Part shown: positions 50,704 to 63,430 of the stretch, one piece after another
How the letters are laid out: every line of letters starts with the position of its first letter
How positions within the stretch are numbered: position 1 is the stretch's first letter
Assembly (NCBI GenBank): GCA_030390025.1
Contig: CM059431.1
Location: 115,694,001 to 115,758,000, forward strand
DNA: 64,000 nt
Direction of reading: 5' to 3'
Origin: Squalus acanthias
Taxonomy: Eukaryota
Notes under the pieces: model-generated
Told to the model about the DNA's origin: nothing
The model's input: the letters and a program-made list of their open reading frames with translations, nothing else
Database searches by the model: none
Translations under genes and position numbers: made by a program

Positions 50704-50943
50704 TGTGGCGGATCGCCACCTAAACGGGCATAACCCACTTTTCCGTCCGTGGACAAAATATCGGTGAACCTTTCCTTTAAGGCACCTTACCTTTAAGACA
50801 GGAGTGGGCGGGGCTTCAGGGTTTTTCCAGAGAATTCTGGGAGCAGCTATCTCAGCCATTTTGTGTGCCATGCAGTGAATTAAAGTTTCTTGTTTTCCAC
50901 ATATGGATTCAGCCTCCATTCTTGTTTCGCGGCAGCCTCAACA
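50704..50943 (+). repeat. 3' LTR (240 bp)
   Basis: tgtggcgg...ctcaaca, preceded by ctgggggtaac. Confidence 0.95.
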
Positions 50944-50989
50944 GCATACTGTTTCGAAGTCCAAGGCTAACTGGGGAACCCCCGCAGAT

Positions 50990-51700
50990 ATACAATAACA
51001 ACAAATTGCATTTATATAGCACTTTTAACATAGTAAAACGTCCCAAGGTGCTTCACAGGAGTGTTTTAAAATAAAATTTGACACCAAGCCACACAAGAAG
51101 ATATTAGGGCAATAGCAAAATACTGCAGATGCTGGAAATCTGAAATAACAACAGAAAATGCTGGAAACACTCAGCAGGTCAGGCAGCATCCATGGAGAGA
51201 GAAACAGAGTTAACGTTTCAGGTCTGGGACCCTTCGCAGGGTCCCAGACCCAAAACGTTAACTCTGTTTCACTCTCCGCGGATGCTCCCTGGTCTGCTGA
51301 GTGTTTCCAGCATTTTCTATTATTATTTAAGATATTAGGGCAGATGTGACCAAAAACTTGGACAAAGAGGTAGGTTTTAAGGATCATCTTAAAGGAGGAA
51401 AGAGAGGTAGAAAGGCGAAGAGGTTGAGGGAGGAAATTCCAGAGCTTAGGACGTTGGCAGCTGAAGGAATGGCCACCAATGGTGGAGCGATTATAATCAG
51501 GGTTGCTCAAGAGGCCAGTATTAAAGGAATGCAGATATCTCGGAGGGTTGTGGGGCTGTAGGAGATTATAGAGATCGGGAGGGGCGAGGCCTTGGAGGGA
51601 TTTGAAAACAAGGATGAGAATTTTAAAATTGAGGCATTGCTTAACCGGGTGAACGGGACTTGGTGCGAGTTAGGACACGGGTAGCAGAGTTTTGGATGAC
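50990..51700 (-). mobile_element. L2 3' end interrupted by the fold-back insertion
   Basis: RSTIGGHSFSCQRPKLWNFLP, matches 26120-26580. Confidence 0.88.
51112..51328. mobile_element. 217-bp fold-back Penelope pLTR mini-element
   Basis: 91-bp inverted arms (51143-51233 / 51238-51328) with a 4-nt loop. Duplication AAGATATTAGGGCA at 51098-51111 and 51329-51342. Confidence 0.9.
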
Positions 51701-52089
51701 CTCGTGTTACCCCTAAAGCTTGCAGCAGACTTAAGGGGGGAGGGTGGAAGAAGTTTATTTATCCCCCAGACTGGGATTTGGGCTGCAGGATGCACAAGGC
51801 AAAATCTCAGCAGATCCAGGTTCCACTCCGAATTCCACCCTCCGCTTCTTCCACTGACAGTCCACCGACTCCTAAACTCCCACCCCACCAGAATCTTGGA
51901 CCCCATGCATGACGTGAGCTACTTCCAATATCTCAAACTATTTTTATTTTGTTGATCAAGCTAACCCATAGGTCAAGGTTTACACCTACAATGCACATGT
52001 GTATTGTAATTCCTATGTTCAATCATGAAAAGTATCAAAATAATTTGTCTAACCAAATTCTTGAGAAACATCTCCCCAGTAAACTCATT

Positions 52090-52899
52090 GGGGGAAAAAG
52101 TCGATTGGTTAGCGCCTCCCCTTAGCGCCTCCGGGGGGCGTTAAAGAGGTGCTAGGAACTTAGCGCCCGAGTGCGGTGATTTTAGCGCCGCTCGCGAAAT
52201 TGACCAGTCGTTTTGAGCCGGGGTTAAACACTAGCACCATGATCTCCTGCGCCCGTAGATCGTGACATCAGTCAAGCGTGCAACACCCCGGTAGCGCCCC
52301 GGACCGGATATTGAGTCGCGTCCCCTGCCTTAGCACCTGCCACTAGGAACGACAGGTAGCAGGGAACGTTTTCAAGTCGGGAAGGGGCTGGGGGAGCGCT
52401 ATTTAAAGGCGGGCCCTTCCTGCCTTTTCTTGTCGGCAAAATTTTTGGTTTTAATGCTGTCCTAAGGAGTTTTGGCCCTCAGCACCACTTTTGAGGTTCC
52501 TAAGCGCCGAGCTCTTTCCCTGGGCCTATCCATTAGTGCTTCCAACACAATTGCTTTAGAGGTCTCTCCAGGCTGAGATTTTAGGCTGCAATGAGCAGGG
52601 TGTGGCTGGCCAGCAAGATGGCCCCTCCCCTTTAAGAACTGGACGGCGCCAGTCTGTCTGGCTTCCATGGTAACTGATATCGCCTGAGCTTCGGTAGCGT
52701 TCTGAGGTAACGCCTCGCTCCCTGACATTTGCACCTTAAGAGAGGTGTGCAGCACTTGATTTAGCGCTGAAATCACCTCCAGGGGTGATAGAGGTGAATT
52801 TTGCAGTCGGAGGCAATAATTAGCGCCGGGCGCTAAATTTTGCGCCCGGCTGATATTAGCGCCCCAAAATGGGTTATACCAAATTCCCCCCCCCCCCCC
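52090..52899 (-). mobile_element. Harbinger-derived non-autonomous element (family of 34189-35094, opposite orientation)
   Basis: Reverse-complement similarity along its length (ALNQ.LHTSLKV, QFLKGR, M.RPRERA translations in both copies). Confidence 0.85.
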
Positions 52900-53009
52900 A
52901 CTTTGTTCACCTGGAACAGGCGAGAACATTAGTTTGATTACATTTCAGTTTTTGAAGTGAGCTTACTTAGAAAGTGTCCTAGCACCTTCCCCAATGCACA
53001 GTGTGTTTA

Positions 53010-53300
53010 TCCACTGAGTAAGTGAGCCATATAGACCAGAAGGTCCCAGGTTTTATCACTGGTCTGTGTTAAGTTAGCTAATCTCAGCTGTGTTGATAGT
53101 TAGAGTATGGTAATTGCTCTCAGTACTGATGGGTTAGGCAGGGGGATATTATCCAGGTTCCCTGCTCCTGGAACCTATCCAGCAACCCCTCCTGGTATGT
53201 GTTAGGGATTGGACTTGACTGTGATGCTCCAGATGTTGAATAGTCTGCCAATTCTCAATGTCCAGACTTACACATGAATAAGGAGGTAGCAGAGTGTGAC
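53010..53300 (+). mobile_element. Degenerate tRNA-derived SINE
   Basis: gaaggtcccaggttttatcactggtctgtgttaagttagctaatctcagc has a B-box-like head. Family not identified. Confidence 0.4.
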
Positions 53301-54026
53301 CAGGATCTGTAGAGTTGTAGCCTAGCAAGGGGGTCACACCTCAGATGAGAAGGGAGGGTGATAAATTGGTAGAAAAAAAGTGACCAAAGGTCATAGAAAA
53401 ACATAATGTTATCAATTTGTTCTCATGGAATGCAAAGCTCTGTGCCAGAGCACAAATTTGGAATATCTATCATAAAGGTCTAGACTGCATACGTTTTTTA
53501 TGTGATCTCTGGAGCAACCAATTGTGACTCCATTTCACAAGTTCTATGGAAATTGTAATCAATAAAGATGCCAATGTTTTCTGACGATACAACTGTCCTC
53601 ATTGATTGAGATTTAAAATATTGTGTACGTTCACTCACTACATTAAATGTAATCTTATTGGAAAGCACGTACTAGATGGTAGACCAGAGCAGGCCTCCGC
53701 ATAATGGGGACCTTGTGAGTGGAAGCGAAGGCACTCTGGAGATCTGGGACTTTCTCCCCCAAAAAGCCGTTGAGGCCAATTAAAAATTAAAATCTGAGGT
53801 TGATAGATTTTTGTCAGGTAAGGCTATCAAGGGAAATGGAACCAAGGTGGGTAAATGGAGTTAAGATACTGTTTAATTATGATGTAATTGAATGGTGGAA
53901 CAGGCACGAGCGGCTGACTGGTCTATACCTGTTCCTATGCTCCTATGAAGGAAGTAATGAGCAAAGGAATAAAGGGAAGTAAAAAACAGGAAGGTAGGCT
54001 CTTAATATAGAGAGGTTTGCCTTCTA

Positions 54027-54845
54027 AGAACATAAGAACATAAGAATTAGGAGCAGGAGTAGGCCATATGGCCTTTCGAGCCTGCTCCGCCATTCAATAA
54101 GATCATGGCTGATCATCGACCGCAACTCCACTTTCCCGCCCGATCTCCATATCCCTTGATTCCCCTAGAGTCCAAAAATCTATCGATCTCACCCTTGAAT
54201 ATACTCAACGACTCAGCATCCACAACCTTTTTGGGTAGAGAATTCCAAAGATTCACAACCCTCTGAGTGAAGAAATTCTTCCTCATCTCAGTCTTAAATG
54301 GCCGACCCCTTATCCTGAGACTATGCCCCCTAGTTCTAGACTCTCCAGGGGAAAAAGTTAGAGATGTAACAGATTTTAAGCAAGTGCAGTGGCAGAGAAA
54401 GGGGGGAGGGGAGGAAAGGTGATCCACCCGATCACAGACCTTCCCCTTTGTTCTTCCCTCCCTCCCCCCTTTCCCTGCCCCTGCATTTGCTTAAAATCTG
54501 TTACATCTCTAACTTTTTCCAGTTCTGACAAAAGGTCATCGACCTGAAACATTAACTCTGTTTCTCTCTCCACAGATGCTGCCTGACCTGCTGAGTATTT
54601 CCAGCATTTCCAGTTTTTATTTAATAGAAAAATATTCTGTTTTTCTATTCTTCCTACCAAAGTGAATAACCTCACATTTCCCCACATAATACTTCATCTG
54701 TCACCTTATTGCCCACTCACTTAACCTGTCTATTTCCCTTTGCAGGCTCTTTGTGTTCTCCTCACAGTTTACTTTCCCACCTAGCTTTGTATCATCAGCA
54801 AACTTGGATACATTGCACTCTGTCCCTTCATTTAAGTCATTAACA
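54027..54845 (-). mobile_element. CR1 pieces (54027-54348 and 54625-54845) separated by a Penelope fragment
   Basis: RTRGHSLRIRGRPF..WNSLP, and SKFADDTKLGG..NVGKCEVIHFG on the minus strand. Confidence 0.88.
54349..54624 (+). mobile_element. Penelope pLTR fragment with 5' inversion and decayed hammerhead (54521-54557)
   Basis: 54350-54410 is inverted against 54459-54520. AGTT-CTGACAA-A-AGGTC(atc)GACCT-GAAA-CA-TT-AACT. Confidence 0.8.
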
Positions 54846-55899
54846 TATATATATATATATATCCTAGTCATTATTCATGCCTCTTGCTCCTCTGACTATA
54901 AGTGCCTTTGTAGTTTGTGCAACCGATAAGTTGCTATTGTGTTAACTGTTTGTAGAGAGTAGTCCTCTGTCGAAAATTGTGGACATTAAATCCAGAAACT
55001 ATAGCTATAGGCAGGCTCCATTATGTAATCTGGCATGCTGGAGTTAGAAATGCCTGCAAGAACTTGTTGTTCTTAGAGTTATTGGGATAATGAATAGACT
55101 ATTTGTTTAACTGTATTTAGCATGTGAGGAGACCAGTTGATATATTTAATCCTAATATGTTGACCAGTGTAAATTCCGATGTAACATGCACTCGTTATTT
55201 TTTTTTTAATTTAAATGTCTTTATATTTACTAGAAGGCAATATTTCTGTTTTTTATGCAAGTTGTGTTTTTAAAAAAAAAAATCTCAGGCACTCTTACAT
55301 TGTACGTACAGTTTGTATATACAGTACTTCTTGTCTGTGTGTATAATAAATATTGGGGAAAAATAATATTATTAAACAAGAAGTTGATTTATAAATACTG
55401 CCAAATTCTGACCTCCAGATTTACTCCATAGCAAAACATATCGCAGCTGGAGGAGATACTTCTCTGGAAAGAATCTGCACTCAGTGCTATTTAAGTGCAG
55501 CGCTGGGGCTGCTCAGCTTGTTTTTGAAGTCCATTGCGGGCTTTTTCACCAGGGACAATTAGTTGCATTTATCTAGACTTCACACAAGCTCAAATGTTTG
55601 CTGAGGCCTTACAACCATTAGATCACCTGAGAAAATGGATGCAATTCCACCCTCCTCTCCCCCCCCCACCCCCATTTAAAATGGCAGCGTGGTAAACATG
55701 GCTGTTTACAGCTTGCCAATTGGGTGAGAGAAGTGTTCTTTTACTTGTGTGATGTAGTAAGTCAGAGAAGTGATAGGTTGAGCCATGAAGCAAATCAGGA
55801 AGCTCACACTGAGGAGTAGATGGTGCTCTTCTGAGTTTGGAGTAAAGGTGCAATTGGATGAATTCTTCGATCCCACTTCCTTTCCATTGATAGTGTGGA

Positions 55900-58780
55900 A
55901 TTGGGCAATTCACCCTGCTACAGAAGCAGAGTAGTTGGAACTTTACTCTGCAACTGACTGTGTTGCTGCTTGGAGGTAACGTTTTAGGATTTAACGGGCC
56001 TGGCGCTAAGCTTTATGTGATGGGACTGCGTATTGGGAATTCTGACATGGAGCTGGAGTGTCTCCAAATGACAGCCTACACAACTTTCCATCATGTAATC
56101 CTATCACGGGAAGGCATTGACCTGGAATACTCAAATGTACCCCAATGCGCCTATCGAGTTTTGACATTTGTACGCTAGATATTTTCTTGGGTTTACTGCC
56201 ACTGGTCACTCCTATAAGTAGATCTCGTGTCTCCTATGATATGCCGTGTACCATTTTCTGCCCAATATCTAGGTAAATGATAGCCAGACTCAGAGAACCC
56301 TTTATTCTGTGCACTGGCTACTAGAATTTATCACATGCCACCAGGTGATTCTCCTTTCTTCACAGAGGGACTGAACATGCACTCTTACCAGACCGAGACC
56401 AGACAGGATCATGGCCTCGACATTGAATCAACAGTTGATTTTATTTACGAGACGTATGAATCCACAAGAAACTGTATAAGACAGTGAAATATACATTTCT
56501 CTATCTTCCGCAATACATATGAAAAATGTCACTTGCACTCTCTCTCTAAACACATTCTTTAAACAAAGTTTACTTGCTGCAGCCTCACTCTGGCATTACT
56601 CACTTGCAAGGCCAGCCCCAAACTTTAAAACGCACAGCTTGTCATATTTTTAGAATTTCTGACTATGCCATCATGGGGTGCAAAATATTTTAAAATGTTA
56701 TTATTGAGCAAACTGTAACTCTCAAGGGGTTAAATTCACAGGACAGCATGGCTGGGAGATGTGGATTAGAATTCTGAACGGGTGTCTCAACATCATGACT
56801 GATTTGTATCAAATGCCCTTTTCTACTGGGTCATGAGATGGTTCTGCCGCTACTGCCAATGCTTTGGTGTCTGTGTTACTTTTGTTCTCTACCTACCTCT
56901 TCTGCAGTCCTCTGAGGGAACTGGTTGGAAGTTGTAAATAGGATATCTCCCTGAGTGGCCAATTCCTCATTAGTCTCTCTTTCTGCTATGCCTCAGCTGT
57001 TGGTGGCCTCTTGCCCGGCTGACCAGGGATCTGTACAAGGTCAGATTCTTGGCTGCCACTGTAGCATATTATCAAAGTCCTCTCAAGATAATACCTAGCC
57101 TCTGGAGACCAGAAATAAGAGGCTTCTCTGATTTTGATCCCAAGCTCTCATTTTGCTGCAGACCAATGATGTTGGTGAGCAAAACCTGGGCCCTCTGTCC
57201 TTGGCGGTTCCTCCACAATTCACCCTGGAGTTGCCACTTGCCCCATGGTGCTCTGCAGGTTCCAAAACCTTTTCATCTGCCTACATGGATGTCAACGCAG
57301 CACAGTTGCATTCTCCAAGGATTCTCAAAGGAATACTTGAAGAGCTTCTCCTGATTAATCAGTGCAGCTTGCTGTCCAACACCTGGATGGTACAAATCCA
57401 TGGGCTCCTAACCTTCCCTTCCTCTCGTTGCTGCTCATCTGCTACCACCTGAACTCACTCCTCCTCACTGGTGCTCCATGCCTTACTCTTTACTCCCATT
57501 GTCTGATTCTTCCAAATTATGATATTTCGGTGCCAGTGCTTGCTGGAATTGGTGTACTGGATAGATTCTCAAGTGACGGGCATGCTTCTTGCTCCTCGCT
57601 AGTGGCAGCATCATCATCATAGGAAACCTTTACACAAAGAGAAAGGGAACATGTGTTTGCTTATGTTATGTAGCCAATGGCTGAACTCATAGTAAGTAGC
57701 AAGGCAAATCTGGTGCCCAATAGGTTATTGTCAGATGTGCCTACCTGTTAATCTTTGTTTGAGTGTAACAAACCTATCTTGCTGGTCTGGCAAGAAATCA
57801 TCAAGCACTCCCTTCTTCACTCCCTCAATGGCCTCCACCCTAATAATATTTGAGGACCTGCGCCTCATATTGGGAATGAGGCTACACAGGTTAAGGTGGT
57901 CTGCCACTAGTCTGGGTTCGCTAACCAAGGTTGTGGATGGCCTTCTCCTCCAAAAATAAGGCAAATAGATGCTTTTAGCATTAGAATGTAACATGTAGCA
58001 CTGTCCTATGCCCAGCCTACATTCCACCTGGTGTGAAAGGATCAGTGGAAAGCATGCAAGTAGTTTGAGAAGCCACAGTGAGTGTATGAGTAAACAAGCA
58101 ACAGTTATATGAATAGAAGGAAGCCATAGTCTTTGTCTGACATCAAATTGGAGCTGCAGTTTCAGTGAGATGGTGGTGAGGGTGTGTAAGATGTGAGGGT
58201 TGCAGTCAGTGCATTTCAGCCTGCATTGTTGATGTGGCACCATGTTGTGGACTGAGTGCTTAATGCATGCACAGTACCTGCATTTCTTCCTTGCTTTTCA
58301 GTGGACATCCTTTATGCAAGTCTACCTTGGCACGCTTCCTCAGTCCGGAGAGTTTTTTTGTCATTTGCTCCCACAGCCTATGGGTATTCGCTCTGTTTGC
58401 TACCTCCTGCCATCCCTGCTGCACGCTTGCTCTATTAGGAGGGCGGCCCTCAGCCCCCGAAATGACCACTTTCCACATCGCCATCTTTTCCAGCGTTGAT
58501 TACCAGGCTCTCTTCAGTGACGGTGACAGCTCTTGGACTGCTTCTATCCATCATGCTTAGCCATTGGCAACCTTCACCAAAAAATGGTTGTGCCTTTCTT
58601 TAAGTATGTCAACTTTAAGGGCTACTGTACTTCAGATTCCTCTCCCCCTCGCCACACCCAATGAAACATGCTCCCTGCCTACATAAAAAAATCCACAGGG
58701 ATCCTATTTTAAATGATTTCATTTATTTGGTTCTGCAGAATTCAGCAGCGTGGACAGCACTGCCCAGTTTTATCCCCCAT
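55900..58780. mobile_element. Possible second, highly decayed Harbinger
   Basis: Minus-strand Myb-like WQEVA..W.Q..KK (~58320-58420) and plus-strand ATGHSY-like motif (~56195-56215). Weak. Confidence 0.35.
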
Positions 58781-59176
58781 TGGAGAATTAGTTCTATGAT
58801 CCTTACTTTGTTCTAGCAATGAGATGGCATTGTTCCACTACCAGCAGGAGTATAGTGGAAGGGCTGGAAAATAGGCCGGTACCCGGATACACTGAGTCCT
58901 GGCCTGGTATTGAGATTCCTGCAGGGCCTTGTAAAGAACGGAACACAAATCCATCCCTTATAAGGCCAATGTTATAGGAGGGGGCAGGGTAAGGGTCAGG
59001 GGTGGGAACTCTCTACACATTGGGATTTCTTGCATCCTCATTTTAGGAGCAGATCAGAGAAGGATTGGTACACCAATTGGGAAGAGACATACCAGCTGAT
59101 GAAGGGTGTGCATGGGTCCCAGCTGGGGGCACCGGCCAGTCTGGACTCCGAAAGAGGAGGCAAGTTATTTTTCTTT

Positions 59177-59529
59177 GGGGTCGATTTTAACCCTATCCGC
59201 CCAGCAGAAACTTGGTGTGTAGTTAGTTGACTTACTCATTGTTATCCGCCTGGATCGCGCCATCTTAAATTTAAACCTATTCTTCTGAGTAGGCTTTAAA
59301 CCCATGCAGCAACAGTCAATTTTAAATCGGGCTCCCAATTACACAGTGGGAGCCTGATTTAAATATGCCGCTCCAAGGCAGGGACACTCGGACGCCCCAA
59401 TATCTGCCGCCATAAAAAAGGCGGCGGCGCATGTGCATGCGCGGGCCAGGGTCGTGTTCCCATATTTAGCTTTTTAACCCCGCCCCGAACCCTTTCCCGC
59501 CAATTGTCGGGGGGGTTAATATCGAGGCT
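59177..59529. mobile_element. MITE, possibly nested in an older MITE (about 58860-59571)
   Basis: GGGGTCGATTTTAACCC / GGGTTAATATCGAGGC ends and an internal hairpin. Confidence 0.6.
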
Positions 59530-62500
59530 CAGTAGTTTCTCACCGGAAACCCGCTGGGAGTTAAAATCCCCACCTCTCATTTTTAAATTTGCCTCGAATG
59601 GTGCGAGCACCCATCGGGCCCATTCGAGTAAGATGACTTCCCTCTGATCCTGCAAACTCTGGCAGGGCAGCACTGGAGGTCACCAGTGGGCACGATCCTG
59701 ACTTAATTGACGAGATTACTGAACTGTGCATTTTCTGGGCCTTAATTCCACTGTTATTAAATATATCTAAGAAATAAATGTTGGATCTGCTCTATTCATT
59801 CCTAGACCAAATGTAGCATATGGTTGCCATGCACTTCCTGGCACTGCTTTGATGGGGATTCATTAAACTAATTAAAAAGCAACCAACAACAGATTTAACT
59901 TCTAAATATATGACTACGAGTCCAAACTTAAACATGTATAAACTATTAGTTATGTGCTCATTTTAATCATTGTGATCTTTAAAACCACAATAGTAGCATA
60001 GTGGCAGAAGAAGCTTCCTGCGATCACTTTGATGAAAGACTGTCTTTTAATTATCTTAAGTACTGTAAACACATTTTGAAGCTGTAGTTTTAAAAGATCA
60101 CATGAGCTTGTCAGAAAGAAATGAATAAAGGACACGATATAAAAGGAAGGAACTATTTATTAAATATATGTTTTAGTCACCAAAGCCACTTCAGCAGCTT
60201 TGAAACTTGATGCTATGATGCACCAATTCAAATATGGATGTCCTATAAACTTATTAAACTTTTTCATTTGCAAGACCGAGTGATGTGGCGGTGGACATTA
60301 ATTCAGTGTGCCTGGTTGAATTAACACGGCAGCAACACAAACAGGGGCCAATAATGCAGTGCTGAGGCAGTGGTGCAATGGCTGCTGCACATTGGGCTTT
60401 GTGCATGCACCTGGACCAAGTGGCCTGCCTTGTACCATAACATGAGGTCAACTAATTTAGGTGTTCATGTGGCACTCCCAGTGCCTAGCATATGATGTGC
60501 TGGGAGTTCTTAGAGGTTGGGGGAGGGAATCATTTCTGGCACCAGCAGCTCTTAAAGGGCTGCCGTGTGACCTCAAAGCTATGCTTTTGCTTGGTGTGAA
60601 GAATGGTTGCGGGGTTGTAGAATGACCCCATTCAGTCATCAGGCATCGGAGATCCCACTGTAGGTGGTACTGTAGTGAAGCATAGCCCTGTTTGGAGGAG
60701 AGATCCACCCTGCATTAAAGAATTACCACAGGAGCAGATAGCTCAAAGGAGAAGAGATAAAGGTAGCGATGGAAGTGAGGGGATGGTAGAAGAAGGGGAG
60801 ATAGTAGGAAGGTGAATGGATAGGGGACCTCATGGGAGTGCTGGGGGGGTGGGGGGGGGGAACCTAAGTTACTGATTGGATAGAAAGGAAGCTACTGATG
60901 GCCACATTTCTGCGGCAACCCCATCCCAAATGCAGTGTCCAGTGCAAGAAGAACAAGACAGAAAGAGAAGTAGAAGAGAGCGGAAAGAGAAGCAAAAAGA
61001 CAAGTTAGGGGGAGGGAATCAGAAGAAAAGAGAAAGAGAGAAACAGAAGCAGAAGAGGAAAGACAGAGAAGCAGCAACCTGAAGACAACAGAAAGAGGTA
61101 AGAGTGAAACCATCCTATCGGAAATTATGGGCCCATATTTCTGGACTTACTGTGTGCGATGCTAAAGCAGATCGATTAGCGAGTCTATGATTCCCAGTAT
61201 ATGGTGTGCTGTACTAAAGATCCTTGCACCTTGTAAGAATGTTTGCATGGCCCATGTTGCAAGAAAACCTGTCCTCTTTTCAACTTTTTGGTGTTTTTAA
61301 TATTAGGTCCAGTTGCACATTGAAAAAGATACTATTGAAATTTATCTTACATATAATTTATTTTACTGAAGATAGTAGATGTGGCCTAAAATAGGTAAAA
61401 TGGTAAACCCACCAGCAAAACACAGATTTTTAATTCTGGCCAGCGTCTCTACCTTTGTATATGCCCACACATCTGTATGGCTTCAGGAGTGAGCATAAAA
61501 AAAAAACAAGGAAAAACCGAGGAATATGGCCAAGGTCGATGCAACATCAGCCATATGCTCACTTCTCCCATTGAAATTACTGGGATAAAGTGAAACTAGT
61601 CGATGGCACTTGAATCGGCACCAACAGATCACCTTGAAAAGAGTGCAGACAGGATGACTTTAAGGAGGGAAGACATATGTGTTCACCAACCCCCCAGGCA
61701 AATACATAACGAATTAAAAAATAACACCTTGAAAGAAAACAGTCTGTGTTCGATAAATTAGCTATCATGCAATTACTGGCAGTGCGCCTCCTAACCTCTC
61801 CTGCCAACTTGTGCCCTTGATCAGATCTTGCAGATGGCTGAGGGATGGGTCCCTTCATGGAATCCGTCCAGAACGCCTAAAGCATTTGCATTCCTGTTTG
61901 CACAAACGATAGAAAATTACACAAGTTCCATTTAGGGATTACAGCAGGTTACCAACGTGCCAAAGCCCTCTGCAATGCCATATTTTTACTACTGAGCTAC
62001 CAAATTGAGGAAATCATCTAATGTAGGAAAGTTGTCCCTCAGGAAATGATTTTGTTCGCCAGAGCAGCAAAGGAATTGCTGCATTTTCTAAAATATATGG
62101 AAGACATGTTGTATTTAGAACATAGAAATCTGCTACTTGTGTTTACCCTCTTCCCCGCCATATGATGTCTTCAGATGTGGATTTTTTATGCTTTTATAGA
62201 TGAAAAATGCATTAACCACCATGCTGTGCTTTGCAAATGTGGTGAGGCAGTAAAACGTCTTCGTCACAGTGTTCTTAAGTGGAATAACAAGCCTAACCCA
62301 GAATGTATTACGTTCCCTGCCAAGTTCCACCAAATGGAAAGAAAAGTTTTCTGTGGAAATGAAAGAGTTTTATTACTGTTACAGAAGAAAATGCGGGGCC
62401 AAAGATTTCAGCTAAGTTTGCACTGAATGCCAAATTATTCCCAGATAAGTAAGAACTGGTAACTAGTGAAACGGGAGGTGTCATGAGCAAAGTATAAGGA

Positions 62501-62984
62501 GGGGCCCTCTGTTCTGGTCTCTGTCTCTGTGGGCTAAATGACCCCAATTAAAGCATAACATACGAACAAGAAGACAGAAATGGTTTTGCGTTCTCCAGCA
62601 TGAATGCAGTATCCATGATTCATGTGGCAGAAGAAGCAATAAACAGCAGGAAGGAAATAATCCTGAATCAAAACAAACCAGAAATAAAAGGACAATGAAA
62701 TCACAAGACCAGTGTACTGTCTCCAACTGATTTAGCTTTGACCGAGGCGGTTTTTAAACAACAAATGGGTCAATGATTAATACTACGGAAAAATAAAAAT
62801 ATTTGCAAATGGATGGCAGAAAAGGTCAAAAGGATAAATGACATATTAAATGAAATAAAATGGATTGAAACAAGGTTTCTGTTGTTTTAAGAAGTATTTG
62901 TGCTGAGTTGAAGGTGCATATGTCAAAAATCACATTTCCAGGAACAACATGGACAATGGATATATCCTCTCAAAATGGACAAAA

Positions 62985-63430
62985 GGTCTGCTACCAGATA
63001 CCAATGATCCTTACAGGGAATTGGGACTGTAATTGGTAAAAGTTAACTGACACATTCATAAATTTGCTACATTTGGGAGAGATTCCTGAGGACTGGAAAG
63101 TGGATAAAAGAATTCTGGTATTTATGACCAAAAGAGATGTCTAGAAACTATAGACTGTGGAGTTAAATTTCTGCAGGTATTCTCCCACTGGTCTGCCATG
63201 ACTTGATGAGCGACGGAAATCCTAGAAAAACGGCATAAAGGGTGCTTACACTTCTTCCACCAAAGTTACAGTGAATGAACAAGAGAATCTTCATAGAAAT
63301 TCACCCCCTTTAAGTTTAACATGATTATAGGGAAAATCTTTGAAGTGATTTTGAATGATCTAGCAAATGAACACTTGGAAAAACATACTTGATAAAGCTT
63401 ACTCAACATGGATTGAGGAAGAAGCTTTCC
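62985..63430 (+). mobile_element. Old CR1 RT fragment with a small MITE (about 63160-63308)
   Basis: GEIPEDWKV and GNYR, then resumes with SLT..IGKIFE and QHGL. MITE ends ggagttaaatttct / agaaattcacccc. Confidence 0.6.

Larger units (their letters stand above)
45841..50943 (+). mobile_element. Ty3/Gypsy LTR retrotransposon, CsRn1/Kabuki-like
   Basis: TG...CA LTRs, GCAT duplication (45837-45840, 50944-50947), tRNA-Trp PBS, domain order gag-PR-RT-RH-IN, G-rich tract before the 3' LTR. Confidence 0.97.

Noticed and set aside
60876..61113. Lys/Arg/Glu-rich ORF
   Set aside because: Low-complexity purine-rich tract.
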